Shown one piece after another: positions 49,502 to 61,000 of a stretch of 64,000 bases of DNA (positions are counted from its first letter, which is position 1; each line of letters begins with the position of its first letter). A model generated the notes under the pieces. It searched no databases. It worked only from the letters and a program-made list of their open reading frames with translations, and had not been told where the DNA came from. Source of the DNA: Promethearchaeota archaeon (GTDB lineage: Archaea; Asgardarchaeota; Lokiarchaeia; Sigyniarchaeales; SOKP01); contig RDOA01000004.1 in NCBI GenBank assembly GCA_011364925.1, positions 66,265-130,264 on the forward strand. Reading direction: 5' to 3'. Both the position numbers and the translations under genes were made by a program.

Positions 49502-50986
49502 TTAGTTTAATTGTTTTCTATTTAGTTTCTGACGATAACGAAATATAAACACTACTGATATTGTCCCAATTATAATTATAACAACAACGATCACTACAAT
49601 TTCAATTGGAAACGGTGACTCAAAAATACCATAGGCGTAATAAATATCCATTTCATTATTTCTTCCATCAGACCAAACGACATGGGGAATTCCATTCGAA
49701 TCTAGCTGAATGCTCATATATTCTCCAGGTCTCGAGAAAAAACTCGGAGTGTCTTCGTCCGCTATAACAATTTCATCAGAAAAATTAGGTACATTTCTCT
49801 GAGCTCCTTGAAAATTAACTGTGCGATAATATGGTCTATAACTATTCCCAATTTCGCTGTAGTAGACAATATGTAATCTTCCTGTTTGATCGATTACCAT
49901 GTCAGGATTCCATTGATCCCCAGCAGTCTTGGAATTCACTCGTAATCGGTCACTCCAACTTGTTCCATAATCGTCAGAATAGCGAAGGTAAACATCGAAT
50001 GTGTGGGTAACTTGATCAAATTTATCTGCCCATAAAATATAGAGTCGATTATGATCGTCAAACTTTATTACGGGTAAAGTAACTTTACTAGCTAACCCAG
50101 TTACTAATTGGAAATACGAATAATTACCATCATCGTTAACAATCTGAGGAGAATCAAAAGTAAGACCTTTATTAAGACTTTTAGATAAAAAGAGATTTCC
50201 ACCGCTTTCAGGAATCCAACTCCAAGCAATAAAAGGGTTTCTAGAACCATTTAATGTGATATAGGGTCCTAAATAAAACTCATCTTCACCTAATGCTGAA
50301 ATTTCTTGGTAAGAATCTCCTCCATCAATAGAGCGGCTAACACGAATAGTCGCATTACCATTGATCTCTAGGTTAACGTCGTCATAAACAACATACACGG
50401 TATTGTTTTCACCAACTACAATCGTTTCCTTATCTGCAAAATAATCACCGTATGAAGCTTTCACAGGAGTCCATGTTACTCCATAATCAATACTTTTGGC
50501 AACCGTGATCTGTGTAAGATACCCACCATTAGGATTGCTGAAGTATTCGGGTTCGCCCTCAAGATAAGCAAAATAAATAGTCCCATTATACCAGTATAAC
50601 CATGGATCGGATTGTCGTGTATTTTTGCCTTCAAACTTTGGCATATCGTAAGGTTGACTCCATGTTTTTCCGTGGTCGAGAGATCTTACAAAGCTCACTC
50701 GTGCTCCGCCACCATTGTATGTCTCAGAATTTTTCCAACCAACAAAAAAACTGTCATTATCGCTTATTGCCATTGATACTTCCACATGGTGAGCGTAACT
50801 AATATCGTTCGTCGATAAGAGTCTATTACTTGAAAATCCCGAAATGACATTGCCCGTATCTTGAGAAAGGTTTAGATTTCCTCGTACAGATAGATTATTA
50901 GAAAGAATAGTTAATTCAGGGAGTATGACTATTAACATAGAAATAACAATTGTTAGAAATATTTTCGATTTTAAAGTTCTAATCAA
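49502..50986 (-). CDS. Membrane-anchored Asp-box (BNR) beta-propeller protein, sialidase-like
   Basis: SLDHGKTW, SIDYGVTW, SIDGGDSY, SLNKGLTF, SDDYGTSW; N-terminal hydrophobic signal; C-terminal TM plus basic tail. Confidence 0.87.
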   Translation of the reverse strand: MIRTLKSKIFLTIVISMLIVILPELTILSNNLSVRGNLNLSQDTGNVISGFSSNRLLSTNDISYAHHVEVSMAISDNDSFFVGWKNSETYNGGGARVSFVRSLDHGKTWSQPYDMPKFEGKNTRQSDPWLYWYNGTIYFAYLEGEPEYFSNPNGGYLTQITVAKSIDYGVTWTPVKASYGDYFADKETIVVGENNTVYVVYDDVNLEINGNATIRVSRSIDGGDSYQEISALGEDEFYLGPYITLNGSRNPFIAWSWIPESGGNLFLSKSLNKGLTFDSPQIVNDDGNYSYFQLVTGLASKVTLPVIKFDDHNRLYILWADKFDQVTHTFDVYLRYSDDYGTSWSDRLRVNSKTAGDQWNPDMVIDQTGRLHIVYYSEIGNSYRPYYRTVNFQGAQRNVPNFSDEIVIADEDTPSFFSRPGEYMSIQLDSNGIPHVVWSDGRNNEMDIYYAYGIFESPFPIEIVVIVVVIIIIGTISVVFIFRYRQKLNRKQLN

Positions 50987-51140
50987 GTTAAACCACTAAT
51001 TCCATTAGTATTCGGTAGTTTTTTTACTATTAATGGTTCATTTATCTCCGTCAACTAATAAACATTAGTATTATTAGAGTTGATTTTTGAGGTTGGATCT
51101 TTAAAAAATTTAAAAGAAAAAAATAGAAAAAAGTATATGT

Positions 51141-52616
51141 TTATTGCATTAAAGCTGGAAGGATTTTCGCTAATGGGACGGCCAATCCACCTAGTAATGA
51201 ACCTAAAGAAGTAAGTTTTTTCAAGTAATCTTTTACATTCTTAGATACTTTAACCGTTTTTGTTTTTCCTTCAATAATAGTACCATCCGATGACATTAAA
51301 AAGATTTGAATGGTCTGTTCTCCTGTTTCTCTTGGTTCTAAGGTTAACCAAGTAGTATCTCCATTCTCTAACATCGTTGATAATACACCAGCAATGTCAG
51401 TTCCCTCAGAAGAAATCAATGGAATTGATTTACGAGGAATTAGAAAGCTTCCTCTCCCTTCAACCTTGATATCCAGCTTTAATTTATCAGGTTCAAATCC
51501 AGGGGCGACTACTTTTATAATGTAGTTTTTATCTTCTGGAGCGTTATTGTAAAGGAAAACCATCACATTTAATTCCGAATTTAGATATACTACTTCTTGT
51601 GCTGAAGTATCCATGTATATTGGATCGTTTGAAAGACGCTCGATATTATCAGAAAGCTCTAATTGAAGTCTGTCAATAATATGAAAAAATCCAGGATTAT
51701 ATTTCTTAATGTAATTGAATAATTTATAAATATTAGATGTAGAGAAATACCACGATCCTTCAATTAACAAACCCTTTTCTATATCAAATGAAGTAGAATC
51801 TACATTAATTACTTCCTTTAATTCACGAGTAAACTGTTCGTCAGTTAAAACGCCTTGATATCGTAGATAGTACAGAAATAATATTGATTCGATTCCGAAA
51901 GTTACTGGTAATTCGTCCTCCTCAGCTTCTTTAACCTTTTGAATAAATGACGGTGTTAATATTTTTTCTATTCCAGCTAAATATTCGTCCCATTTAAGAT
52001 AAGTAACTGGATCTAAATGATCTGAAAAAACCTCAGCAAAAAAGTTATCTAAAAAGATTTTATGAGTTGTAGGTTTATAGAAATCTTGAAGCCCATTGAC
52101 ATCATGTATGTTTAGATTTAAACTCCTAATAATTATTGCCAATCCTAAACCGACCAGTGCAAAACCCGCAGCTGCGAAACCTAAATTCAAATCTCCAAAA
52201 AATAACATTACTAAAAACAAGGCTAACGCTATGAAACAAACCAAAGCAATAATTTTTAATAAATTCACTACCCGTTTGACGCTAGAAAATAGCATTTCAA
52301 ATCCATCAAGGCTATCAATTGGCCTTCCTCGTTTTCTTTCAAATTTTAACCTCATTTTGAGAGAAGAATTTGTGGAATTTGCTCCCAACAATAACATCAC
52401 TGAATTGAAGGCATAAAGTCCGAGTATAACAAAAAATACAATTTTTAAAGTGAAATCCAGTACCGAGAGAAAAGCTAGAATAGTCACTATTAATAGAACA
52501 ATCGGAAGTATGAACAATAGAATTTTACCGACTCCAGAAACATATTTAACTAATTTACCCTGAAATTGCTCCTTTTTAATAATTTTAGACAAGTCTTTTT
52601 CTAATTCACTTTCCAT
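51141..52616 (-). CDS. Multi-pass membrane protein with soluble C-terminal beta-rich domain, function unknown
   Basis: Four N-terminal TM segments and a long soluble region; start trimmed to MESELEK. Confidence 0.75.
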   Translation of the reverse strand: MESELEKDLSKIIKKEQFQGKLVKYVSGVGKILLFILPIVLLIVTILAFLSVLDFTLKIVFFVILGLYAFNSVMLLLGANSTNSSLKMRLKFERKRGRPIDSLDGFEMLFSSVKRVVNLLKIIALVCFIALALFLVMLFFGDLNLGFAAAGFALVGLGLAIIIRSLNLNIHDVNGLQDFYKPTTHKIFLDNFFAEVFSDHLDPVTYLKWDEYLAGIEKILTPSFIQKVKEAEEDELPVTFGIESILFLYYLRYQGVLTDEQFTRELKEVINVDSTSFDIEKGLLIEGSWYFSTSNIYKLFNYIKKYNPGFFHIIDRLQLELSDNIERLSNDPIYMDTSAQEVVYLNSELNVMVFLYNNAPEDKNYIIKVVAPGFEPDKLKLDIKVEGRGSFLIPRKSIPLISSEGTDIAGVLSTMLENGDTTWLTLEPRETGEQTIQIFLMSSDGTIIEGKTKTVKVSKNVKDYLKKLTSLGSLLGGLAVPLAKILPALMQ

Positions 52617-52901
52617 AATAAAAATCAACTATTTAATATCCCTTTTTTTAAAAAGATGTATAGCTATAATAATAGAAATTGTGATTTAAAATTTTAATGA
52701 AACCTGAATTTTGGACGAAAAAATTTTTGGAATTGGTATAGATTTGGTAATTAAGTTGTGAGAATTTTTTCACATTTTCAATGACAGTTTTACGAATTTT
52801 AATGACGAATCAAACATTTTTTTTTCAAATAGTAATTTTTTCGGAAAAAATATTTCCTAAATTTAGTGATCTTGATCATTTTTATAAATTGTATTTCACA
52901 C

Positions 52902-52927
52902 ATAATGGGGATTTTTTTCCCCATTGT
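52902..52927. repeat. Inverted repeat/hairpin ATAATGGGGA-T6-TCCCCATTGT in a long divergent intergenic region
   Basis: 10-bp stem with one G-T pair; a third copy of the motif (TTCCCATTAT) at 53016-53025 next to a TTTATATA box. Confidence 0.55.
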
Positions 52928-53099
52928 AATGGATTCCTTTTTCGTTTATGAAGTATTCAGAAAAAGTCAAAATATTAGAAATTCGCCCAAACTCGCAAAA
53001 AGGGTTAAGGAAACTTTCCCATTATATTTATATAGTTAACTAGTCTAACAATATTTAGAAAAATAAAATAAAAAAACCTGAAAAAAGTGTGATAAAAAA

Positions 53100-53438
53100 A
53101 TGGAGATATTAAAACTTCAAGAAAAAATAATTAACCTTACAGATGAGCAAATACAAGTTATATACTTCTATTGTAGTAAAGTAGATCAAGAGACAATCGA
53201 TGAGTTAACTCCAATCTTATTAGATATTTGTTTAGAAGCCGAAGGGGGAGTATTAAAAAACGAATTAGGCAGGGTGATCTTTCATCTACAAAAAACTGAG
53301 AGATTAAATACTCGAATTGGTTTTGAAAAATTGCTACATGGAGCTTTAAAAGTTGATGTTAAGGAAGCATTTAAAGTTCTTGAATCTGGAGCTTCAGACG
53401 CAAAAATTCTAGTTGATAGAATTAAATCTGTATTATAA
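53100..53438 (+). CDS. Hypothetical helical protein
   Basis: 112 aa ORF, ATG start, GTGTGA SD-like sequence. Confidence 0.75.
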   Translation: MEILKLQEKIINLTDEQIQVIYFYCSKVDQETIDELTPILLDICLEAEGGVLKNELGRVIFHLQKTERLNTRIGFEKLLHGALKVDVKEAFKVLESGASDAKILVDRIKSVL

Positions 53439-53476
53439 GGAAAAAGTTTTTTTTAACTTCTTATTTTATTTATGTA

Positions 53477-53755
53477 ATGGAAGATCGAGATACTCAAACT
53501 GATTTAGATAAGGCTTGGAACTATTACGAGAAAATCCGGGATTCTTTAGAAGGCTTATATGAAATTCTGAATATGAATTTAGACGAAGACAACATTTTTT
53601 ATAAATGTGCTGTTGATAACCTTGAGATTTTAAAAGAAACCATAATAGATCTATTACAAAAAGATTACAATCCTGCCGAAATTAAAATAAAATTACGGGA
53701 TTTAGAATTTGACATGAAGAAAACCCTTTTTTTTGAGAAGAAGGAGAAACAATAA
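53477..53755 (+). CDS. Small acidic helical hypothetical protein
   Basis: 92 aa ORF, ATG start. Confidence 0.75.
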   Translation: MEDRDTQTDLDKAWNYYEKIRDSLEGLYEILNMNLDEDNIFYKCAVDNLEILKETIIDLLQKDYNPAEIKIKLRDLEFDMKKTLFFEKKEKQ

Positions 53756-53924
53756 TAAACTTAATAAGCTAAACTGTATCTTTTAAGCCCAACCAGCTAG
53801 CCGATTCTTTACTTTAGTGATATATTACAATTATCACATTCAAATTTTAATAGAATTAGACGAATTTATATTGAAGTTTTTTTATACAGTTATATGAAAA
53901 ATTAAAATAAATAGGGAAGAAGAA

Positions 53925-54635
53925 GTGTTAATGTTATCCTTATTTGGATGGATAGATGGAATCACGGCCACGGGAGTTGTTGTCTTTGGCTTTATTTTCG
54001 GAATTTTCTTCTTATATAAAGCACGTAAGTCAGGAGCTAAAATTCTCACTATTCTGGGAATAGTAAATATCTTAGCGGGACTAATGTATTTAGGGGTATT
54101 TGTAGACTTTCTGGTCGTTTTAGGGACGCAATATAACCTGGATAATACTTACGGATTAGTTGGGATTTTAAGTTATATTTGGTTTGCGCCTGTAGTAATA
54201 CTCGCCCTCTATATCGGTGCAGAACTAATAATACCAAAAAGAAAATGGTACTTTATGACTGTAATCATAATTATTTGCATTGTATTCGAAATTCTTTTCA
54301 TCATGGATCCTATGGGCACATTTAACTTTGTATATCCTCCGAGCCATGGGTATTTGTTAATTGATTATAATGTGAATATGTTTACTCCAGCAGGAATAAT
54401 AATGGCAATTATGCTACTTGCGATATTAGGAGTTCTTGGCTTTGGTTTTCTAATCAAAAGTTTTCAGTCTTCAGGTGTCTTAAGAAAGAAATTTTTGTTT
54501 TTATCTTTCGGTGCTATATGTTTCTGCATCTTCGGATTATTAGAAGGCTTAACGGAACCTGGGTATATGGTAATTTTCGTTAGGTTAGGTTATTTGGTTA
54601 GTTTTTGGCTAATGTATTATGGATTGAAAGACTAA
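53925..54635 (+). CDS. Seven-TM integral membrane protein of unknown function
   Basis: About seven hydrophobic segments with short loops. Confidence 0.8.
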   Translation: MLMLSLFGWIDGITATGVVVFGFIFGIFFLYKARKSGAKILTILGIVNILAGLMYLGVFVDFLVVLGTQYNLDNTYGLVGILSYIWFAPVVILALYIGAELIIPKRKWYFMTVIIIICIVFEILFIMDPMGTFNFVYPPSHGYLLIDYNVNMFTPAGIIMAIMLLAILGVLGFGFLIKSFQSSGVLRKKFLFLSFGAICFCIFGLLEGLTEPGYMVIFVRLGYLVSFWLMYYGLKD

Positions 54636-54689
54636 AACTATTTTATAATTCTTTTTTTTCATTTTTCTATTCTAAAAGGCAAATTAAAA

Positions 54690-55775
54690 ATGGTTTTAAT
54701 GATTTTTTCAAATAAGCATTATTACTCAATAGCAAGTAGCTCGATTTTGTCTAAATTTAAATCTGAAATTGAAGTAATTGACGGCGTTTATCGCATTAAA
54801 ATTGATGTTCCTTTTCAAGTGAAATTCGTATGTAGTTACCTCTTTAAGAAAGAAGACCAATATATTCTTATCGACGCAGGTTTCAATAGTCCTTCATGGA
54901 AAAAGAAGTTCATACAAGAAATCAACACTATCGGATTAGGCATTGAAGATATAGATGTCTGTATAATAACTCATAACCACTTAGATCATATCGGACTCAT
55001 TAAAGAATTTAAGGAGAAAAATCCTAAAATGAACATCGTTATGCATGATATAACGAATAAAATTTTGAAGTGGGAAACGGATAAGTCAAATACAAAGGAG
55101 ATCGAAAATGAAGCTATCAGGATTTCTATTGAAATGAAGAATTATGGATTAAGCGAAGAGGAGAGACTGCGAATAATAGATTTTTTTACTTACTGGCCAA
55201 AATTTAGGGGTTATCAATCACCAGATGCGATAGTAAATGACAATGATATCCTTTTAAACGATCTAAAAATAATTTGGACTCCTGGACATAGTTTTGGTCA
55301 TATCTGTGTTTTTGATAGTAAGAATAAACATCTCTTCAGTGGGGATCACATATTAAGTCGAATTACACCTCATATAGGTAATTTTATTATACCAGACTTT
55401 CTCGCTGACGAATATGTGCATTACAACTTTAAGAACGTACTTGATCAATACCTTCAGTCTTTAGATAGAATTGATAAATTAAATCCTAGTATAATATTTC
55501 CAGCTCATCAAGAGATCATCTATAACCCACATGAGAGAATTAAAGCCATTAAAGAACACCATGCAGCTAGACTTAAGGATATCTCTGAACTAATTAAAAA
55601 CAATCCTTTAACTCCCAGAAAGATATCAAAAATTCACTTTGGTGAAGATTTAGACGACATTAACTCATATATGGCATTAAGTGAAGTTCTAGGACATTTA
55701 CTTTACCTTGAAGATCTTGGAAAGATAGAAAAGTTTGAGAAAAATGGAAAATATTATTACAGAAGTAAAACTTGA
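54690..55775 (+). CDS. Metallo-beta-lactamase fold hydrolase with C-terminal wHTH
   Basis: THNHLDHIG, TPGHS, FSGDH, PAH. Confidence 0.92.
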   Translation: MVLMIFSNKHYYSIASSSILSKFKSEIEVIDGVYRIKIDVPFQVKFVCSYLFKKEDQYILIDAGFNSPSWKKKFIQEINTIGLGIEDIDVCIITHNHLDHIGLIKEFKEKNPKMNIVMHDITNKILKWETDKSNTKEIENEAIRISIEMKNYGLSEEERLRIIDFFTYWPKFRGYQSPDAIVNDNDILLNDLKIIWTPGHSFGHICVFDSKNKHLFSGDHILSRITPHIGNFIIPDFLADEYVHYNFKNVLDQYLQSLDRIDKLNPSIIFPAHQEIIYNPHERIKAIKEHHAARLKDISELIKNNPLTPRKISKIHFGEDLDDINSYMALSEVLGHLLYLEDLGKIEKFEKNGKYYYRSKT

Positions 55776-55866
55776 CTGTTTTTGGTTTATAGAGTTAGAT
55801 TTTCCTGAAATTGAAAGAAAATAAAGAAAAATAAGAGAAGATTAGAGTACTTTAGTTATGTATGAA

Positions 55867-56328
55867 CTATATTGGGACTTTTCCGTTTTGAGTGGCAGTT
55901 TTAATCGGTTTTAATACAACGCAAACCCGTTCCACGCCTTTAACGTCACTTCTACCTCTAAAATTTTCTATAACCGCATCTAATTCAGTTATTTCTGGAA
56001 CATTTACTTTTACGAGAATGCCACATTCTCCAGCTAAGAAATAAACTTCTTCACATTGAGGTAGTATTTGTGCTTCTCGTAATAACTCCTTTAATTCGGA
56101 TTGACTCCTCGGGATTAATGTGATAAATGCTATAATACAGCGTTCGTCTTCTCGACACACTTTTATCGTAAATTTTTCAATTACATTTTCATCTTGAAGT
56201 TTAATTACCCTTTTTCTAACTGTGGATTCACTCAATCCAATTACATCACCTATTTCTCGGTAAGGTCTTCGCGAATCCTCAATTAACATTTCAAGAATTT
56301 GTTTATCTTTTTCATCAAGATTTTTCAT
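55867..56328 (-). CDS. Lrp/AsnC family transcriptional regulator
   Basis: LDEKDKQIL, DSRRPY, GLSESTVRKRV; start trimmed to MKNLD. Confidence 0.93.
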   Translation of the reverse strand: MKNLDEKDKQILEMLIEDSRRPYREIGDVIGLSESTVRKRVIKLQDENVIEKFTIKVCREDERCIIAFITLIPRSQSELKELLREAQILPQCEEVYFLAGECGILVKVNVPEITELDAVIENFRGRSDVKGVERVCVVLKPIKTATQNGKVPI

Positions 56329-56393
56329 ACTTCTATCACATCCTTCCAATTTATTCCAATGAAATAAAAAAATTGATTAAATCACAATTTTCA

Positions 56394-57332
56394 TTAAAAA
56401 TTTTTTAACAAGGGTTCAAAAAGTCTTTCGTAGTGGACTGCCATGCAATGAATACCAGCAGCTTTGGTAGTTTTCTTAATTTCCATAATAAATGGTTCGA
56501 AAAATTCAATGTTTATTTTGTCGATAACTTCATTGCGCTTTTTCTTATCCTCTTTATATTCCTTCTTTGCTTTTTTAAGTGCACTTAACAAATCTTTAGG
56601 GACTGATACTCCCGGGATATATTCGTCAAAATATGATGCAATTCCATAGTTTTTAAGTGGAAACAGTCCTAATAGCACAGGAACATTGAACTGCTCGAGT
56701 TCTTTAAGAAAATCTTTCGCATCATCAATATCAAACGCGGTTTGTGTTTGAATAAAGTCAGCCCCCAATCTTACTTTTCTCCCTACCTTCAGAATTTCGG
56801 GACCACGAGGGTTCGAATTTGGATTTGCTGCACACCCGACATTAATCTCAATTTTATCTCCCTCAATTTCATTTCCTTCTAAATCAGTTCCATCATCAAC
56901 CATTTTAGAAACAAGATCTATCAATTGTGTAGAATCTAAATCGTAAACTGGTCGTGCATTTTTGTTATCTCCTAAGGCAGAATGATCTCCCGTTAAGGCT
57001 AACAGATTTTTCAAACCTAAAATTGCGCCTCCCAAAATATCTCCGAATAATGCAATTCTATTCCTATCTCGAACTGTCATTTGCCATATTGCTTCTAATC
57101 CTACTTTCTCCTGCACTAAATAGCTAGGTACCATTGAACACGTATATGCGTCTCCTTGAGGTCCATCAGTTACGTTAGCAGCCGTGATCTTGCCCGTTTT
57201 TTTCATTTTTTCAGCAGAATGCAGAATGGAGGAAAGATCTGTCATTTTTCTAGGTTCTAATTCACCAGTAAATAAGAACTTGCCTTCTCTCATGGTTTTT
57301 ACTAAATTACTATATGCCGGTCTTTTTGTCAT
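56394..57332 (-). CDS. metF: Methylenetetrahydrofolate reductase MetF (copy 2)
   Basis: GELEP, NVTDGP, RDRNRIAL, LTGDH, GADFIQTQ. Confidence 0.92.
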   Translation of the reverse strand: MTKRPAYSNLVKTMREGKFLFTGELEPRKMTDLSSILHSAEKMKKTGKITAANVTDGPQGDAYTCSMVPSYLVQEKVGLEAIWQMTVRDRNRIALFGDILGGAILGLKNLLALTGDHSALGDNKNARPVYDLDSTQLIDLVSKMVDDGTDLEGNEIEGDKIEINVGCAANPNSNPRGPEILKVGRKVRLGADFIQTQTAFDIDDAKDFLKELEQFNVPVLLGLFPLKNYGIASYFDEYIPGVSVPKDLLSALKKAKKEYKEDKKKRNEVIDKINIEFFEPFIMEIKKTTKAAGIHCMAVHYERLFEPLLKNF

Positions 57333-57335
57333 CGG

Positions 57336-58031
57336 TTATTTCTCCTCCTCCATTGTTTCTTCTTCATTTGTATAAGTTTTATTGATTTCAGCAAATCGAG
57401 GACTTGACCATTTTCTGTAGTTTCTTGGAGGTCGGTACTTATTAAAAAGATCCAACCTATTAAATTTTCTCAAGCGATCCCATATCTTTACCCAAGCGCA
57501 ATCATGTGTGTATCCACCAACTTCGCATTTACCACCAACAGTTCCTCCACACGGTCCATTACTTAAATTCTTCGCACAACCTGCCATAGGGCATACACCA
57601 CCAGTAACCCCTAATAGACATTCCCCACATGTCTCACAATATTCAGCAAAATAGTTTTCAGCGTTATTTTCAGCTCCTCCAAACAAGCTATTTTGAGCAG
57701 GGTAAGTCAAGATATTTTCAAAGACTTTATTCATCATAACCACCCCTAGTCCACATGATAGCGATACTATCGCATCATAATGTTCAATAAACGGTCGCAC
57801 GGTTGTCGCTGCGATTCTATCGTCACACTGTCTAAGAACTGTTATCGCTTTCCATTTTAATTCCTTTCCTTCACTTCTAGCTTTTAGTTCTAACATTTGT
57901 GCTAACACTTTTGCTTCATTTATCGAACGAGGAGGTTGACAACAACCATCGCATCCAACTATTAAAATTTTCGAGTAGGATTTTATCATATCGTATATTT
58001 CTTCAATATCTTTTTGTTGCGTTATTATCAT
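57336..58031 (-). CDS. metV: MetV, Zn/Fe-S small subunit of MTHFR (copy 2)
   Basis: MIITQQK, GCDGC, RQCD, LSCGLG, CETCGEC, CP...CAK...NGPCGG, CEV, CAW. Confidence 0.9.
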   Translation of the reverse strand: MIITQQKDIEEIYDMIKSYSKILIVGCDGCCQPPRSINEAKVLAQMLELKARSEGKELKWKAITVLRQCDDRIAATTVRPFIEHYDAIVSLSCGLGVVMMNKVFENILTYPAQNSLFGGAENNAENYFAEYCETCGECLLGVTGGVCPMAGCAKNLSNGPCGGTVGGKCEVGGYTHDCAWVKIWDRLRKFNRLDLFNKYRPPRNYRKWSSPRFAEINKTYTNEEETMEEEK

Positions 58032-58060
58032 TCTTTATAACTCCTTTTTCCTAAAATTAT

Positions 58061-61000
58061 TTATTTTGAGACTTTAATTGATTTATTTTTATATTCTGAT
58101 TCAATTGGTCCTAATTTTTTTACTTTATCAACAAATTCTATCATAGTTTCCGAAAAAAGTTTGCCTTCACTAGCGGAAACCCACTTTCGTAAAAATCTTT
58201 CCGGATTTATTCCTATTGATTCCAATTTTGATTCAATATCGCGGGTTCTTCTCAGTGTGTCTTGATTTCCTGCGATATAGTGACAATCTCCTATGTGACA
58301 TCCCCCAACGAAAACTCCATCAGCACCTTCCAAGAATGCTTGTAAAATCAACCTCTTTGGGAGTCCTCCGGAACACATAACTCTAATTGTTCTTACATTT
58401 GGTGGATATTGGTATCTACTCACTCCAGCTAAATCTGCACCAGCATAACTGCACCAATTACACAGAAAAGCTACAATTCTAGGGCGTCCATTACCGAATT
58501 CAACATGTGCTGCTTCGGCAATCATAGGTTCAATCTGTGAGGTTCCGAAATGACTCATAGTAATTGCCTCAGCGGGACATTCAGCTGCGCAATCTCCACA
58601 TCCTTTGCATAATAATGGATTCACTTCAGAAATCATTTTACCTTCTTCATATCTTACTCCGACTGCACCATAATTACATACTTCTGCACATCGATTACAC
58701 CCTATACATAATGCAGGATTGACTTTTGATATAATACCTTCTGTGACAAGTATATCCTTTGATAGAATGGTTGTAGCTCGCGAAGACGCTGATAATGCTT
58801 GGGCAATACTTTCACTAATTGTCGCGCTTCCACGCGCTGTGCCACACAAAAAAATACCATCAGTTGCAAAATCTGAGGGTCTGAGCTTTACATGTGCTTC
58901 TAAGAAAAATTTCTCGCTATTTACTGGGACTTTAAGCATTTTAGCCAATTCTTCGTTTTCTTCTCCATTTGAGACAATTCCGGCGCTTAAAGCAATAAAG
59001 TCAGTATCTATAGAAATCTTGCCTAATTTTGGGGTAACTACATTAACACTTAGGCGACTACCTTTTTTAACGATATCAGGAGGATTTTCTTGATCGAATC
59101 GAATGAAAACAATTCCCTTTTCTCGAGCTAAGTTGTAAAATTTTTCTTTAAATCCATAAGTTCTTATATCTCTATAAAATATTACAATATTCAAGTTTGG
59201 ATTTACTTCTTTTGCTTTTATTGCGTTTTTTATTGCTTCAGAACAACACATTCTGCTACAATAAGGATGTTCTTCGTTTCTAGAACCAACACACTGAATC
59301 ATTACAATTGTTTCTGCTCCGTTGATCTTTTCAGAATTTGTAAAAAGAAGATTCTCTAATTCAGATTGTAAAATCACTCTATCATCGTTCCCATAAAGAA
59401 ATTCGCCTTCTTTTGGTTGATATTCATGAGCACCAGTAGCAACGATTATGATACCGTGTTGAAATTCTTTAAATTCTTTATTTTTGCCCTGTGTTAACCT
59501 AGTTGTAAAATTACAAACATATCCGCCAATTGAATTAATTTTAGCATTAAGAAAAACATTGATTAATTTATGATCATCAACTTTTTTGATTAAATCAGTG
59601 ATTAATCCTTGAACATCATATTTTTCTATGGTTTGATATACATTCTTCGAAAAACCACCTAATTTATCCCCTTTTTCAACAAGATATACTTCAAATCCTT
59701 GGTTTGCTAAATTAAGTGCAGCTGTCATTCCAGCTACACCTCCGCCTATTACCAATCCTTTATGTATGACCGAAACGTGTTGTTCTTGTAAGGGTATTAA
59801 ATTACGAGCCTTTGCAATTGCCATCCTTACTAAATCCTTTGCTTTTTCTGTAGCTTCCTTTGGTTCATGCATGTGTACCCATGAACATTGATCTCGAATA
59901 TTAGCTAAATCAAATAAGTATTTATTTAATCCCGCTTCTCGAATAGTTGCTTGAAATAATGGTTCGTGCGTTCGAGGAGTACAAGAAGCTACGATCACTC
60001 GATTTAAATTATACTCCTTTATTTTTTCCTTAATGTTTGTTTGGGTGTCAGCTGAACAAGTATATAAATTTTTTTCAGCATACGCTACATCTGGTAATTT
60101 ATTAGCATAATCAACTACGTCAGCAACATCAACCACCCCAGCGATATTAATTCCACAGTGACAAACAAAAACGCCTATTCGAGGAGGTTCTCCAATAATA
60201 TCAATTTCTTTTGGAAGCTTTTTCTCTTCGATTAGTGTATTTCTAGCCTCAGACAATAATATATTAACAGCTCCAGCAGCAGCACTCGCTTCTACTACAG
60301 TTTCCGGTATATCTTTTGGTTCAGAAAACATACCACAAACATAGATTCCTTCCTTAGAAGTTTCTACTGGGGAAAAAGGTTTTGTTTTACAGAAGAACTC
60401 TTCATTCAGTTCAACACCTAAAGTTTTTGCTAATTCTTTCGTACTCCTGTTTGGCATCGCTCCTACGGCCAGAATTACTAAATTAAAAACTTCCTCAACA
60501 ATTTCCCCGTTTTCTGTTTCGTAATTAAGGATTAAATCATTTGACTCTGAAATCTCTTTCACTGATGAAATTCTACTTCGGATATATCTAACTCCATATT
60601 CATTTTGGGCACGATCAATATACTTATCGAAATCTTTACCACAAGCTCTGATATCCATAGAAAAAATGGTGGGTTGAACAAGTGGCATATGTTCCTTTGC
60701 AATTACCGCTTCCTTAGCGGTATACATGCAACATACAGAAGAACAATATTCCGCCCCATGTTTTTTATCTCTCGAACCAACACACTGTAAGAACGCAATT
60801 TTCTTAGGAATGATCCCATCTGAAGGTCTAAGTATTAGACCAGAATGAGGACCGCTTGCACTTAATATACGTTCAAATTGAATACTTGTAACTACGTTAG
60901 GAAATTTTCCAAATCCGTAATGATGTGTAGGCTCTGGATCATATTCATCAAATCCAGGTGCTAGGACTACCGCACCTACATTAAGAGAAGTTTTTTTATC

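Noticed and set aside
52629-53099. Replication origin or small ORFs in the long intergenic region
   Set aside because: No ORB-like boxes and no adjacent orc1/cdc6; the short ORFs read on the plus strand (14-43 codons) have no motifs.
59505-59525. Extra Cys in HdrA (GYVCNF versus consensus GxxGNF)
   Set aside because: A single-base difference that cannot be distinguished from neutral variation or sequencing error.
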